Part shown: positions 1 to 13,846 of the stretch, one piece after another
Layout of the letters: each line of letters starts with the position of its first letter
Numbering within the stretch: position 1 is the stretch's first letter
Source of the DNA: Euprymna scolopes
Taxonomy: Eukaryota
Assembly (NCBI GenBank): GCA_053919585.1
Contig: CM132788.1
DNA: 64,000 nt
Reading direction: 5' to 3' (one strand)
Made by a program: the position numbers and the translations under genes
Notes under the pieces: model-generated
What the model saw: only the letters and a program-made list of their open reading frames with translations
What the model was told of the DNA's origin: nothing
The model's database searches: none

Positions 1-337
1 ACCATTTTTAAATTGCAGATAATATTTAGAACTAGGATTAATGAGGCAATAAAATAAATTTGTGAACATGTATAGCTGTAAATAAACCGCAGCGATGACA
101 GTGGCTTTATGGACGGCTCTACATAAGCCGCCACGCCCGATTTCGGCTAATTTCAATTAAATTAAAAAGCAAACCGTTTTATTTCAATATTTCATGTGAT
201 ATAAGTGTGATATAGCGGTCTCTCTATATAAATGTGTACATATACTGACATTATCAGCCTCTTTAACATATGTACAGAATTTTAACATATTTACAAACTT
301 GTAACATATGTACAAACTTGTAAATTTTTCTTAACCG

Positions 338-339
<2 letters not shown>

Positions 340-401
<62 letters not shown>

Positions 402-446
402 TTGTGTGTGTATATATACATAACTATAACCAGGTTCTAATAACGT

Positions 447-477
<31 letters not shown>

Positions 478-478
478 A
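340..478. repeat. Compound (TA)n/(TG)n/(CA)n microsatellite
   Basis: Visible dinucleotide tracts; explains ORF 291..512. Confidence 0.95.
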
Positions 479-2379
479 TATGTATATATAAATAGGTTCT
501 AATAACGTACATATAAACTAGCTTGTATGTATATTATAAACGTGGGTGAATAAAATTGGCTGAATAAAATTATGTTGTTCATAATAATCTATACACAGAC
601 TTCATATACATTAACATTTAATGATCATACTGCGGCATGTGTCGCTTGAAATTATGGAGAATAAAGTGTAGTTTTGTCAACTTGTGTGTGTGCGTAATTG
701 TAACACCTTAAACACCTTCTTGTCTGTGTGGCGCCCAGACAGAGGCACACACTTTATTTTTCATCTGATTGTACCATCTGGTTGAGATTTTTTTCAACGA
801 AATACTTCCCTCTTACAAGTACATCATCACAATTCTGATTATATTTTATAATTTTATTTCCTTGGCGTTCCCCGTAACGCCTCTAGATTTCTACATCATG
901 AATAAATGCACACTTTGAAGCACTCGAAACGCAACAGAAAAAATTCTCCAGAGCCAACCTCTCCCGTAACTGGAACACACTTTCTCTCTGACATCTCAAT
1001 CTAGATGCTACAAAACTGTTGTTTCTGTTTACGTCACCCTTATGTAAATGATCAATTTTTTTTATTGTTAAGTGTACAGATACTAACTTAAAAACTGTTT
1101 GTATAGTGACAATCTATTTCAACATTTCTGCTTAGGCAATTTTAAAGTCCTTTGTTTACTGTGAACACTCTTTTTCTATTGTAATATTCAGTCCATTGTA
1201 TTGTAAATATTTTAAACAGGCTTTAAAATATTTGACCCATTGCAACGTCCTAATATGTTATTGTTTTTTATAATTAATTTTTGCCATTCTTTCTGATTAT
1301 GAGATATTAGCTATTATTTGTTACAGCATTTATTTCTTTTAGTATCTACTAGTAAACGTATGTGTTTTTTTTTCATTTATAAGACCCTTATCTGTAACAT
1401 AAGTTTAGTGAAAGGAATTTGTGTGTTGATAAGATTTGGTTGAATCAAAAATTCAAGGCTAGTTTGTTTTGACAAGTTGTAATATAGAAAAGATAAATAA
1501 AAAACAGATGTTGAGAAATATGTTTATTTTACCGGGAAATGGGCGGGAAGCAAATTGTTATTTCTCCCTCACTGGAACCTATGTTTATGAAGACACTCGA
1601 TATATGTGAGATAAATAAAATAAAAGATAACGCAAAATCATTTCGTTTTGAATCTACCTTTTGTTTATGAAAAAAAATGCGACCCGGTAGATCCCAAGTA
1701 AATGTGAATTTCCAGACCATAGTTGATATGTGGCACTTTGACTTGTTAAATGCGATTCCCCCAACAAGGATAACGGTCATCGTATATATAACTAGAAGAA
1801 TACATTGCCGGCATAAATACTAAAAGAATTACCATTTTTAATTTACATGTTAACAACTATAAAACTTTACGAATCTTTATAATCAATAATGATAAAATAA
1901 AATAAAATTCAAAACTATTCAATAATTTTGTATGATATCATATTTCCTTTTTTTTTGTTCGAGAAAACTTAAAGCTGATCTTATTAATTGTAATATATTG
2001 CCGACAAAGTGTATATTATAATTTAATAAAAATATTTTCCTTCTTGAGGACATTCCCCTGCAAAGTTTGCATTCGACAGAAGGCTGAATGAGGCAAAGAG
2101 TGTCATTATTTATTCAGGAATTGAATTAGATTCATCCTAAAAAAAAAAAAAATGGAAGGAATTTATCTAATAAGGAAAATGGTCGAATAATATTCGGCAA
2201 TTCCCGGTCCGCGTTGTTATTCTATAACATAATTAAAATAATGAATGCAGCTAAACTTAATTTTAATAATTGGTTTTCGAAATTGTTAGTTCGATGCGCA
2301 GGACAACGATCAGCCAATGAATATGTTTGACTGATGTTAAGATGCGTCAATTCAATTTTCTCATTTAGCGATACAACAT

Positions 2380-3090
2380 AAAGCGTGACAGGTCGACCAA
2401 AAATCTTTTTTAAAGCTTAAAAGTTAGAGATCAACCAAAAACGATTTTACATCTTGAAAGTGACATATAAAATTCTTTTTTTAAACTTCAGAGTGACAAA
2501 TCGGACCAAACCATTATTTAATTCGCAGTGATAGATTAATCAAAAACTGATTTACAACTTGAGTGTGACAAATAAACAAAAGTGCTCAATCAAAAAACTT
2601 ATTTAAAACTTGAGCATCACAAATAAACTAAACGTTATTTTGTTACTTAAGAGTAAGAGATCAACAAAAAACCTGATTTAAAACTTGAACTTGACAGATA
2701 TAAAAAAAAGTTTGTTTTTATAAACTTAGGAGCGACAGATCAACCAAAAGTCTATTTCAAACCTAAGCGCGAAACGTTTTTTAACTTAAAAGTAAGGAAT
2801 AAATAAGTATGTTTCAAACTTAAACGTGGCAGACCAATCAAAAAGTTTATAACAAGCCTCAGATCGACAAATATCTATGTCAAACGTAAAAGTGGCATAT
2901 TAAACTAAATTTTGATAGGTAAACGAACATTTTCTTTCCATCTTAAACGTAACAAATGAAGAATATTGCAATTTTGAACTTAAGCACAAAAAGCATACGA
3001 AAATCATATTATTTGAAACTCCATTGTGACAAACCAAAAGAAATCCTGTTTTTAACTCAGGCATGACAGACCAACCAAAGGTTTATTTCA
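2380..3090 (+). repeat. Degenerate minisatellite, ~35-42 bp unit (approx. AAACTTRAGNGTGACAGATCAACCAAAAANNTATTT)
   Basis: Recurring aaactt...tgaca(g/a)at...aaccaaa motif at roughly regular spacing, more than a dozen copies. Confidence 0.75.
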
Positions 3091-3851
3091 TATATAAATG
3101 CTACACGCTTACAGAATCGATATTTGAAAGGGGAATTCTATTCAAACTACAGTGCTTCAATGAGCGACTCGAGAAATTGTCTCACATAAATTCTAAAACG
3201 CATCTGTAATAAGATGCGTTCATTTAGTGCGCACGTTTACTGAGGAAAATAGTGTTTAAAAATAATGCATAAAAGAAAAAACCGACCGTGCTTGTGAACA
3301 ACAGCGCGACGACGGACAATATCCCACCGTGATGCAAAGACCCATCCCCAAAACAAGAAGAAATACGTAAAGAAAATAAAAAGATTAGACAAAAAAAAAA
3401 AAAAAAAATGGGGGAACATATATAACTGAACAATTTTGATCAAGGCAGGATGATATGTGTCATGGCCATCGGCAGGGGATGACTAAAAAAAAAAAAAAAA
3501 AAAAAAAGAATTACGATTAAAGTTGTTTGCTGTGCACATAAATGTATTGAATGAAAGCAAGAATTACAAATTCCTTTGTCAAAACTTTAACAAGATATTC
3601 AGCTACGCGTATTGGAAGAAAGCTGATGGAAAATTGTAAAATGGCTCATGGCTTGCAGTTCTACTANNNNNNNNNNNNNNNNNNNNNNNNNNNNNNNNNN
3701 NNNNNNNNNNNNNNNNNNNNNNNNNNNNNNNNNNNNNNNNNNNNNNNNNNNNNNNNNNNNNNNNNNNNNNNNNNNNNNNNNNNNNNNNNNNNNNNNNNNN
3801 NNNNNNNNNNNNNNNNNNNNNNNNNNNNNNNNNNNNNNNNNNNNNNNNNNN

Positions 3852-5010
3852 TTGAAGCTGTTGTTTCGCTCTATAAAATCGTGTTATTCGTTACCGCTCT
3901 CGATATCTTCATTCATGTTTTGGAAGGCTTTCCGACAGCATGGACAAAATTCAGATCTGCACGATTTTCTTGTTCCAGTTCAAATTAGGCCGAGAAGCTG
4001 CAGAGGCAGCTCGTGATATCAATGATACGCTTGGCCTAGGAACAACTAACGAATGTGTGGCACAACGGTGGTTCAAGAAATTTCGCAATGGTGACGAGAG
4101 CTTCGAAGATGAAGACGATCACGGCCAGCCGACTGCGGTTGATAATGAACATTTGAAAGTCTTAATTGAAGTCGATCTCCGCAAAACCACACGAGAAGTT
4201 ACTGTTGAACTGGAGGCCAACCACTCAACAGTGGTTCGCCATTTAAAGCAATAAAGGAAGTAAAAAAAAAAAAGGATAAATGGGTGCCGCATGAATTGAA
4301 TGATAATAAAAAATCGTCATTTTGAGTTGTCTTCTATGCTCTTTCTGTGCAACAAAAACGACCCATTTCTCGAGTAGATTATGACGTGTGATGAGAAGTA
4401 GATCCTCTACAACAATCGGTGACATTCGGCACAGTGGTTTGATGCCGGAAAAACTCCACAACACTTCCCGCTCCCGATATTGCACTAAAAACGGGTATGT
4501 TGACTGTTTGGTGGTCTGCGGCCGGTCTCATCCACCACACCTTCTTGAATCCGGACGAAACGATTACGCCGACAAATTGACGAAATGCACCAGAAGCTCC
4601 AACATATGTGCCTGAGATTGGTAAATATGAAGGGACCAATTCTCCTTCATGACAACGCCTGCCTGCATATTGCTCATGCTGAACGAATTGGCCTATGGAA
4701 CACTGCCTCCTCCACCATATTCACTGTACCTCTCGCCCACCGATTATCACTTTTTACAGCATTTCAACAACTTCCTACACGAAAAATGTTTAAAAAGCCG
4801 AGATGATGCTGAATCGGCCTTTAATAAGTTCATCGCCTTCAGAACTCTAGATTTCTATGCTAATTTGATAAATAAATTTGTTTCTTGTTGGCAAAAATGT
4901 GTCGACTCTAATGGTTTTCATTTCGGTAAATAAGGTTAATAAATTATGAAAGGAATTATGATATTTTGAAGTTGAACGTCAAAAACGATATTATTTTTGC
5001 ACCAACCAAA
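3852..5010 (+). mobile_element. mariner element, cecropia/Hsmar1-like, frameshifted transposase (3940-4933); left TIR hidden in N gap
   Basis: MDKIQICTIFLFQFKLGREAAEAARDIN, WVPHEL (tgggtgccgcatgaattg at 4281), HDNA, YSLYLSPTDYHF; right TIR ttttgcaccaaccaaa followed by TA. Confidence 0.93.
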
Positions 5011-5574
5011 TAACCTATAGAGCTTTGTCATGTGCTTATATTTCTTGAGAACTTTTCTATGATAGTTTATAATTGATACATATTGTTGTAATGAGTAACA
5101 TCTTCAGTCACCGCCGCAAGTCACTCCAATTCTATTTTACCTTTGTGCCGACTTATGAGAACACATTTTGTGGTCTATGCACAATTACCTTTTGTGTAAT
5201 TATACGTTAAAAAAATTCCTTGTGACCACGTAATCTGGTGTCAAGTAATTATTGTTATCTTGCCTCCTTCATGCTCTACAACTTATCGATAATTTATTCA
5301 TTAAGAAGGTCATATATTGCCTCGAACTAATTACTGGATGCAATTATATATTCCTGCGTATCTGATCCCTTGTGAGATGGAAGCTCACATTAATTTCTAG
5401 TATTCGTCAATGTTATCAATCTATTTTTCTGAATTCCATCTTCATACTACAAACCGTGAAATGATAACATGGTCGATTTTGTTTTCTGTTGACAGATATG
5501 GTCATACTCCAGTAGCCTTATATGTTCTTCTATTTATTTGTTTTTCCACAACGACTGGATTTCCAAACAAGTTT

Positions 5575-6345
5575 AACGCTCTGATCCCCATCTGGCATCA
5601 ATTGAAATAGATGGCTCTCGTCTAGGAGAAGCCCCATGTTTTGACAAGCTTCTGGGTTTGTCCTTTACTCCTGATCTGAAACACGTACATTAAGTCTGTT
5701 GCCAAGGTCGCTGGAAAGATGGTGGGATCCTTCTACCGCTCCAGAAGATATCTCACTACTGATGCAATTCTCTATCTATATAAAAGCCAAGTACGTCCTA
5801 GGATGGAATACTGCTGCCATATCTGGGCAGGAACTGCTAAAACAGCCTATCCTGCCTTGACAGAGTACAAAATAGACTTCGTGGCTTAGTGGGGGACGCC
5901 CTTTTCTCTACCCTGCAACCTCTCTCCCACAGAAGAGACGTTGCGAGTCTATCCTTGTTTTATCGTTATTTCCATGTCAGGTGCTCGTCTGAACTCCAAT
6001 CTCTGGTCCCCCCTCGCCAATCCTTCACGAAAAACACCCGTCTAGCTGAATCCACTGTGAAAAATTTTCCCCACTCTTTATCTGTGCATAAATCAAAGCG
6101 TAGATTCCATGAACAAAGCTTCTTTCTTAGAACTGCACGCCTGTGGAACTCTGTTCTGTCTGCCTGCTTCCCACCTGACTACAACTTGGATGTCTTAAAG
6201 TCCTACGTTAACAAATTCCTAATGAACCGCCCTCTTAAGTAAACACTTCATTAAATCTCCACACTAACGTACTGTACTTGCAATAACCCTCATCCCTGAG
6301 TGGCTTCCGGGCCTTGATAAGTGGTGACCACCGTGTAAAAAAAAA
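5575..6345 (+). mobile_element. 5'-truncated CR1/Zenon-like LINE 3' end with poly(A) tail
   Basis: QPLSHRRDVASLSLFYRYFH...RTARLWNS; highly similar to 20801-22120 and 45876-46345; A-tail; probable TSD aagtttaa on both sides. Confidence 0.9.
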
Positions 6346-6779
6346 GTTTAATATGCAGTCTTTATTGAACGCTACAAAGGTGTTAAATGATAGTAACAAG
6401 CTAAATCACTTTTTTATCAATCCATCGATAGCTCAGACAGTAATGACGCTAGTGAGATAAATAACGGTTAAAGCTGGAGTGCTAAACATTCTTTTTCTGA
6501 TTCTGGCGAAGAATATTTTCATAACTTTTGAGATCATTACTATATAGTGGATAATAATAAATACAGAATTGGTTCTATAATAATAAATAAGAAATCTGCA
6601 CGAATTAAATATAATATTGATCCGTATTTTACGAACAAGCAACGCGGTGATATATTGATGATTTTTGAAATGTGATATATGCACAAAATACCCGGATCCT
6701 AAAATATTAAGGCCTTACTTGGAAATGTGTGCGTCGTAGACCTTTTAATTGATGATTTCACCCTGGGTAAAGTATTCTA

Positions 6780-7200
6780 TCTATATTTTATTCATCATAG
6801 GATATTGGTATAAAAACACCTTTTTGGTTGCGTTGAAACAGTTTAAAACAACGCTCTGAATTATCGACACGTTATTGTTTTTTTTAAGTAATACACGTGC
6901 AACTCACTTTGAACACTAGCTCATCATTGAGAAAAATTCATGCAAAAGGGTGAACTCTTCTGCTACCTCACTCATCTTCAATTTACGCTCAGTTATAACA
7001 AGTCTTTGGACCTTTGATGTCGAATTCAGGCGACCTGAATATTTAACGTTATTTGTGTCTATACGACTGCGTTTAAAGTCATCATGCCAGCAATTAATAA
7101 TTTTATCCGATCGCACATAGTTGAAGTAACATTTTATTAAGCCATTGTTGTCTTTACGAGAATTTTTCCATCAGAAAACACTACTTTATTTACACATGAA
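6780..7200 (-). mobile_element. Highly degenerate mariner relic (irritans-like N-terminus)
   Basis: ORF 6916..7116 WHDDFKRSRIDTNNVKYSGRLNS...ERKLKMSEVAEE resembles the mariner W..FKRG..S..D..RSGRP motif and HTH. Confidence 0.55.
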
Positions 7201-8579
7201 ATCCAGAACTAAAACAACTGTAATTTGTAAACTAATAATTACGTTGTTGTATCATAAAGGATTGAGTATTTAATTATCTTATCAGAGTTAATGCTGTTGT
7301 GTGTGTGACATGCATTTTCAACATATCTCTGCTTCTCGATGTTGGTTCATCTGGAATCTCTCGTTTGGGAGGGAGACTGGTACCTATATTTGGGGACGAA
7401 GATTTCTTTCACTCCAAGACAAGAAATTGGTTCTATAGTTTTTTATTCACCTTCCAGATCGATTGCAGAAGAATGGAAAGTGAATTTGGCCTGTGTGATT
7501 TCTTCTTCTAGGTCTTATTTCTACCACGCCAGCGTACGCCCCCCCTCAGCGAAGGGGAGGAGACAACGGCGAAGCCGTCCGCTCTCTTCCAAGTCCCAAC
7601 CAAATCTCCCTGATTCAGCTAACCTGATAACATGACTCACACGCAATCCGATCAGCTGATCTTGACTTCCGGTCAACATGTCTACACTATAACCCACACT
7701 CCTCACCCCCTCTCTCTCTCCCTCTCTTAATCCATTCTATAACAGAAGTATATTTTACACTCATAAGCAAACCGATTTCCTATGACATGACACTTAATGA
7801 TATTCATATTGATTATCTTCTTGGTTCTGGAGTATGCAGTGATTCATGAGTAATGTGTGATTTGACATTCATCCCCAGTTAAATTATCGAGAGAAGAGTA
7901 ACATCAAAAGCTATCCCTAGATACGGATGAATATTGATAATAAAATGTGAAACTAAAATTTTAATTAATTTATTAGTATTTGTTTGTTAATATGCTGGAA
8001 ATTTTTCATATAAAAATATCTATTCGGGGCAAGATTTCGTTTGCTTGCCATTTTCCTGAGTTTGTTGTTATTAATTCCATGGGGAGAGGCGAGAAGCATG
8101 TATACCTTGCTGGACATTGTTGTTGTTTTTTTTCAACAACATTAGTAGCGATTAAATAGGGTAAAAGAAAATGAAACCATTCTGTTTTCCAAAGAGATAG
8201 TTTTATATATAGAAAGTCTTGTCATATTTAAAACAGAATAAATGATTTATCCATTTTAAAATTAAATATTTTTTTTTATTTCTGTTTCTATTATAAATAT
8301 TAACATTTATGCAATTAAATTACTTATTTTACCCCCGCCAAAGTGGTGACGTAGAATTAAATAACAGTGTCATTTTATTATTTTTACTTTTAAAAGTAAA
8401 CTTTTAAATATTTGAGTTTAGCGCGTAAAATGGATTTTTTAAAAAAAATATTTAAGCCAAGCGCTTAAATATGATACTTTATTACAATGGATTTTTCCCT
8501 GCCCCCGTTCATTTGCATGGAGAAATCAACACATCCAGATAAACGAAACAACAATATGTTGTTCGTACATGGGAACAAA

Positions 8580-9080
8580 TGTGCACATATCGGTCTTTAC
8601 TTTTGTCTTTCCAATCCTTCTCAAGTGGTTGGAAAACATCGTACACGTTACGTCTAATTCAGAAGCAAGTTCTCGAAAACAGTTGTACGTGGATTGGCTT
8701 CAACTATGGTTCTTAATTGATCGGTGCCAACATCCGATGATCGATTACTGCGAACATCACTATATTTGAGACTCTCGTCGCCGCCACAAAATTTCTTAAA
8801 TCACCAATGTGCTATGTGTTCAGTAATGGTTTCTGGGCCAAACGGCCCGTTTATATCGGCTAAGCATAGATTGAAATGATAAAATGTGCGAATTTGTTTT
8901 TACATATTGTATTCACCGTTCCGAAAAAACATAATTGTTTTAAAACGATTGTAATTTAAACGATTAGATAAAGCGGAAAGAGGCTCTTTAAAATAATATT
9001 CAAAGTGAAGGTATTATAAAGAAAACTTATTTGAAAATATATAGTTTGAAATCCAAATTTTAAATTCCACAAGAACTTTC
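8580..9080 (-). mobile_element. Degenerate internally deleted mariner, same family as 33235-33927
   Basis: Shared blocks ttcagaagcaagtt, gtggattggcttc, ttctcgtcgccgccac, ttgtaatttaaacgattag. Confidence 0.75.
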
Positions 9081-10836
9081 TTCTCTTAACTTTTTCTCTG
9101 AATGTTGGAAGAGTTTTGTTTATAATTAAATTACTGAAATAGGAACATCATCGCTAAAACGTGATCTGAGTGATCTTTTTTTCAGAATGTTTCAATCTAT
9201 CACTGTGTTTTGATTAAGTTTGAATAGAGTTTTCTCTATCAGTGATTCTGTATATCTGTCAATCGTTCCATTTATCTGTTACACAAATCTTTCTTTATAT
9301 CATTTAAATTGTAAGTTCTCGTGAATATCAATTATTTTGAAGTGCATATATATCGCCATGTTGTTTTGTTAGCAAATACGTTCAACACCTAATCCATTTT
9401 TCAGAATCTTCCAAAACGCTTTGACAGGAATGAGAAGAAATGTAATTCATTCCCTTATATGGCAATTCTATTGATTTGTTTTGAGAAAACATATTGAAAA
9501 CATAATTTGAATTATAAATAAAGTTTTCCAACGGTTTGATATATGTTTGAGTTTTTCATTACAAGTTATGTTTAGCTTTTATCATATATTCGATTTAATT
9601 GAATCTGACAAANNNNNNNNNNNNNNNNNNNNNNNNNNNNNNNNNNNNNNNNNNNNNNNNNNNNNNNNNNNNNNNNNNNNNNNNNNNNNNNNNNNNNNNN
9701 NNNNNNNNNNNNNNNNNNNNNNNNNNNNNNNNNNNNNNNNNNATACAACCGGTCGCCACAGTCGATTGAAAATTTCTTGGGGCGACTAAAAGTCGTAATT
9801 CACTCGCCCGCCAGTCGATAAAAATTCTTTAAATAAAGAAACGGGGAAAACCCATTTATTTTACGACTCTCAATTATGCGGTGACTTAGAATGACATATG
9901 TCTCATCATTTGTGAATTCTTTCATCTCTAGCTATGAGACCGTTGGAATATCGTACTGAAAAAAAGAGTAGTCACGCTAAAGGTCAACAAGAGGTAAAAT
10001 TTACACATTCGGTGTGTAGTCAAAATGTCGCCTTTATTTAGTTCTCTGATTTCGAAATTAATTTGGAAAAAAATTATTCGACGCTACAACTACATACACT
10101 TCATGCTTACAAAAGTAAAGACGAACATTTGAAAGAGGGAAAAACGCACCGTTCCGTCAAGAACGCACCGAAAATAGAATTATACAACAAGTAAGTAATC
10201 AGTTTTCGCTTCAGTTTTGTTTCTTCGTAAACAAACATTATTTATTCCAGAGACAATAGAAATGTATTAGGATATAAACAAATCTGGACATGAATTATAA
10301 AAATGTAAACACATAAAAATATCAAATGGCTGATTATTAATAACATGTTATACGTGATATAATATTTCTACTAGCTTTGAAAAAAATAAAAATATAGAAT
10401 AAATGTATAAGAAACCTTTATTGTTTCATTAACAAAGCTATTTATAATTACTAGGTTAATTTATATAAATTTCACTTAAATGTCCAATGCTATATGATGC
10501 TAAATGTCCATTTTTATTATGATCTCGCATAGAGTTTTGTTCAGTGATTATTGTAAGTAACTATTTCTGATTCTTTTGAGCTGCTGTGATGATCGTGTGT
10601 TTAAAAATATTTTTCAAGTAGAGACTTCGTATTGAAATGTTTTAATGAAAAATGAATCTCTAATATTTGTTTTGAATTTTAAAATATATTTATTTCAAGG
10701 GTGTGATTTTACATTATGTTTTCTTTGTGTATAAAGTTAGATATATTCGTTTTCTAACGGTACCAATAAATATCCTTGAATTATTTATATTTCAATAGCC
10801 ATTTTGATACTACGTATCAGCATCCGAAGAAATGAA

Positions 10837-12013
10837 TTTTTGGCCGTTATGTAGCCTCCTCAGACTTTACAGAAAAGTTCGTTTATGTATGAATGGAGGA
10901 ATGAATGATGTATAGGGAGGGTGCGAGAAAATCGGAATCAGAAAAGGGAGAAGGTGGGAGGCGGGGTGCTTGGTCGGTCGGTAATGCTTTAGTTTTGGAG
11001 TTCAAGAACATTAGCTGGTGGTGGGGGGTATGGGAAGTTCCTCTCTGGTGCGACTAAGGGCATAGGGATATATGGAGGGGGAGAGATATATGTAGGGGTA
11101 AGGAGAAGGGGTACTTTTAATTTCGAGTTCTAAGGTTTAGTTTGTTGGCGTCTCGTTAGTAAGATGATTTCTTGATATGTCTTGACCTGTTGGGTGTTCG
11201 CTTAGGCTGGAAGGCGGAGGGGGGGCTACGATTCGGTTTATGTATTTTATTTTTATTTTTTTATTTTTTTATTTTTTTATTTATTTATTGTTAAGTATTT
11301 TGATAAGATTAGCCTTGGGCCGCATGCGCGAGCAAACACATGCGAGCATACCCACACACATACGCATAAAAGAAACGCGCACATGTACACATACATCTCC
11401 GCCTCAACATGTAAACACATGCGCATATGCATACATGCATATATATATACTCGCATTTCTCCCGTTGACCTCAATTGGCCTTAAAGTGTTAAGTTGAGTA
11501 CGTGTGCGTAAGCATGAATGCGCACATACACACACACATAAACCCATACATCCATGCAAGCGTATACATGAGCCTACCTGCGTATATCGACTCAGACATA
11601 CATGCATTCCCGCGCATATATGCAAGCATACGCGCACATACAGATACTTATACTAGTGAACACATACATCGACCTACACACAGCTGCTCGCTCATCCATA
11701 CATATGTGGACGAATATCTCCCTCCCCCCCCATATATCCCTATGCCCTTAGCCACACCAGAGAGGAACTTCCCAGATGCCCCACCACCAGCTAATGTTCT
11801 TGAACTCCAAAACTAAAGCATTACCGACCGACCAAGCACCCCGCCTCCCACCATCCCCCTTTTCTCATTCCGATTTTCTCGCACCCTCCCTTGACATCAT
11901 TCATTCCTCCATTCATACATAAACGAACTTTTCTGTAAAGTCTGAGGAGGCTACATAACGGCCAAAAAACGGTCTTGTAGCTGAAACAAAAATGTAATTG
12001 AACAGAAAAAAAA
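10837..12013. mobile_element. Penelope-like element remnant with inverted pseudo-LTRs (10837-11090 / 11713-11968)
   Basis: ~250 bp inverted repeat; CA-rich interior; hammerhead motif at the plus-strand end; ANKLNLRT-like PLE C-terminal residue on minus strand near 11130. Confidence 0.75.
11929..12009 (+). ncRNA. Type-I hammerhead ribozyme motif
   Basis: CTGAGGA-gGCTACA..TGTAGCt-GAAACA aaaa TGTA; stem I ttttctgt(aa)agt pairs with att(ga)acagaaaa around an internal loop. Confidence 0.75.
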
Positions 12014-12177
12014 NNNNNNNNNNNNNNNNNNNNNNNNNNNNNNNNNNNNNNNNNNNNNNNNNNNNNNNNNNNNNNNNNNNNNNNNNNNNNNNNNNNNNNN
12101 NNNNNNNNNNNNNNNNNNNNNNNNNNNNNNNNNNNNNNNNNNNNNNNNNNNNNNNNNNNNNNNNNNNNNNNNNNNGT

Positions 12178-12600
12178 TTTTGGTCCCTCCAAGTGTCCCG
12201 TCTGCTTAAAAAAATTCTTGGATTTAGGATACTGGTTAGTGTTTGGGTATATGAATCATTAAATCTGTATCAATTGCTACCTGTTTGTTGCTCTGCGTTT
12301 CGTATTTGGCGTAAAGTCTGCATTTCCCCTAGTTGTTAAGGATGGTTTGCCTTACATCAGAAAAAGTATTTAATTGTCAGTGTCTTGCTAACTATGTGGG
12401 TCGAACCTCCTTAAACTTGCAGACTCAAATTTACTAATATATTCCAGTAAAGACAAGCCTTGTCGCTATAACTCCTTATCTTCCACCTTCGAATCTGCAA
12501 TTGGCTAACACCTTCATGAAAATTCAGCGTGTACCAATTTGTATAAAATGGGGTATTTTAGAATTTTACACTGGGTTGACTGTCAGAATCAGTTACAGAA
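12178..12600 (+). pseudogene. Penelope-like element linker plus GIY-YIG endonuclease relic
   Basis: Across frameshifts: FGPSKCPV, KDGLP, FNCQCLANYVGRTS.NLQT, SAIG.HL.EN..C. Confidence 0.7.
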
Positions 12601-13306
12601 TGTTGTGTCAGTCTACATTGTCTCATTAAAACACCGTAGTGGTTGTAATATATGGTTAAGTGGCAGTTTCAATCATTTGGAACTGCTTTAAAGTTTCACC
12701 ACACACTCATTGTTAGACCAAATTTCAAACAATTATTACAATTATAGATCACACAGATCAGTATATTGTGAAAAAAAAATCAAAATTTCGTTTAGTAAAA
12801 CAAAAGTTATTAATTGACTGGTTCAAAATCGTAAAAAAACGTAAGGAGGTGAGCGACACTTTTTATTACTGATTTCTATAGCAACCACGCTATTTCAGCG
12901 ACTAATGTTTTTTTCGCGAAACAAAAAAGAAGTAACAAGTGAAATGGAGAGAATGAAAGCATAAAAGGGAGATAGTTGGGTAGGATTTTATTGAAAGCAG
13001 GCGAGTGCCGCACATTGTTATTATATATGTGTATGCTATGTTTATGAGGAGTTAAAAATAAGACTGAAATTAAACAAAGAACAAGTTAATTTGCTGGAAG
13101 TCTTTTTAACAATTCCATTTATAGCAATATATAATTAATTCTTAATGCTACAATATTTTAAGTTATAAATTTATCATATTTTTGCTAGAATATCTTGTCC
13201 TTTTCTTTTCTAGTTTTAACAACTAGTCCTTTACTTTTCCATGTTCAAGTCTAACCATATTATTTTAAAGCTTTCATTTTCTATGTAATATATATATATG
13301 TATATA

Positions 13307-13368
<62 letters not shown>

Positions 13369-13769
13369 GCAATCGCCCCAGGAGAGGCATGAACTATAAA
13401 TACAGCATTGGTTTTACCTTTGACTGTTTTTCTAATTATATAAGGGTATGGTATGGTATGGTTTTATGTCACATCGTAACTTTTCTAGTTTAAAACAATG
13501 GTCCCAGGTTACGTACATTGTGTCACAGAATATATATTCCAGAATTTCCAATAAGTTATGGACTTTATCAAGGGCATACTATTTATAGAAGCTCGATCAA
13601 TCGCTTTAAAACATTTAACATGATATAATTACAAAATTTTGTGCAGAGCATTTTCTTCTATTAAATATTTGTATCTTACTGAACTAATGGTGACACAAGT
13701 TTAGTAAACGCACTATCTTAATGAAACAAAAATATGGAAATAAACCAACTTTTTTCACACACACACGCA

Positions 13770-13846
<77 letters not shown>

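Noticed and set aside
728-750. tggcgcccagacag resembling a tRNA-Lys primer-binding site
   Set aside because: No adjacent LTR end or gag sequence
5080-5110. Minus-strand CTGAAGA plus small hairpin
   Set aside because: No GAAA box follows
7245-7744. TG...CA-bounded GC-richer segment as a solo LTR
   Set aside because: TSD not convincing and no second copy in the window
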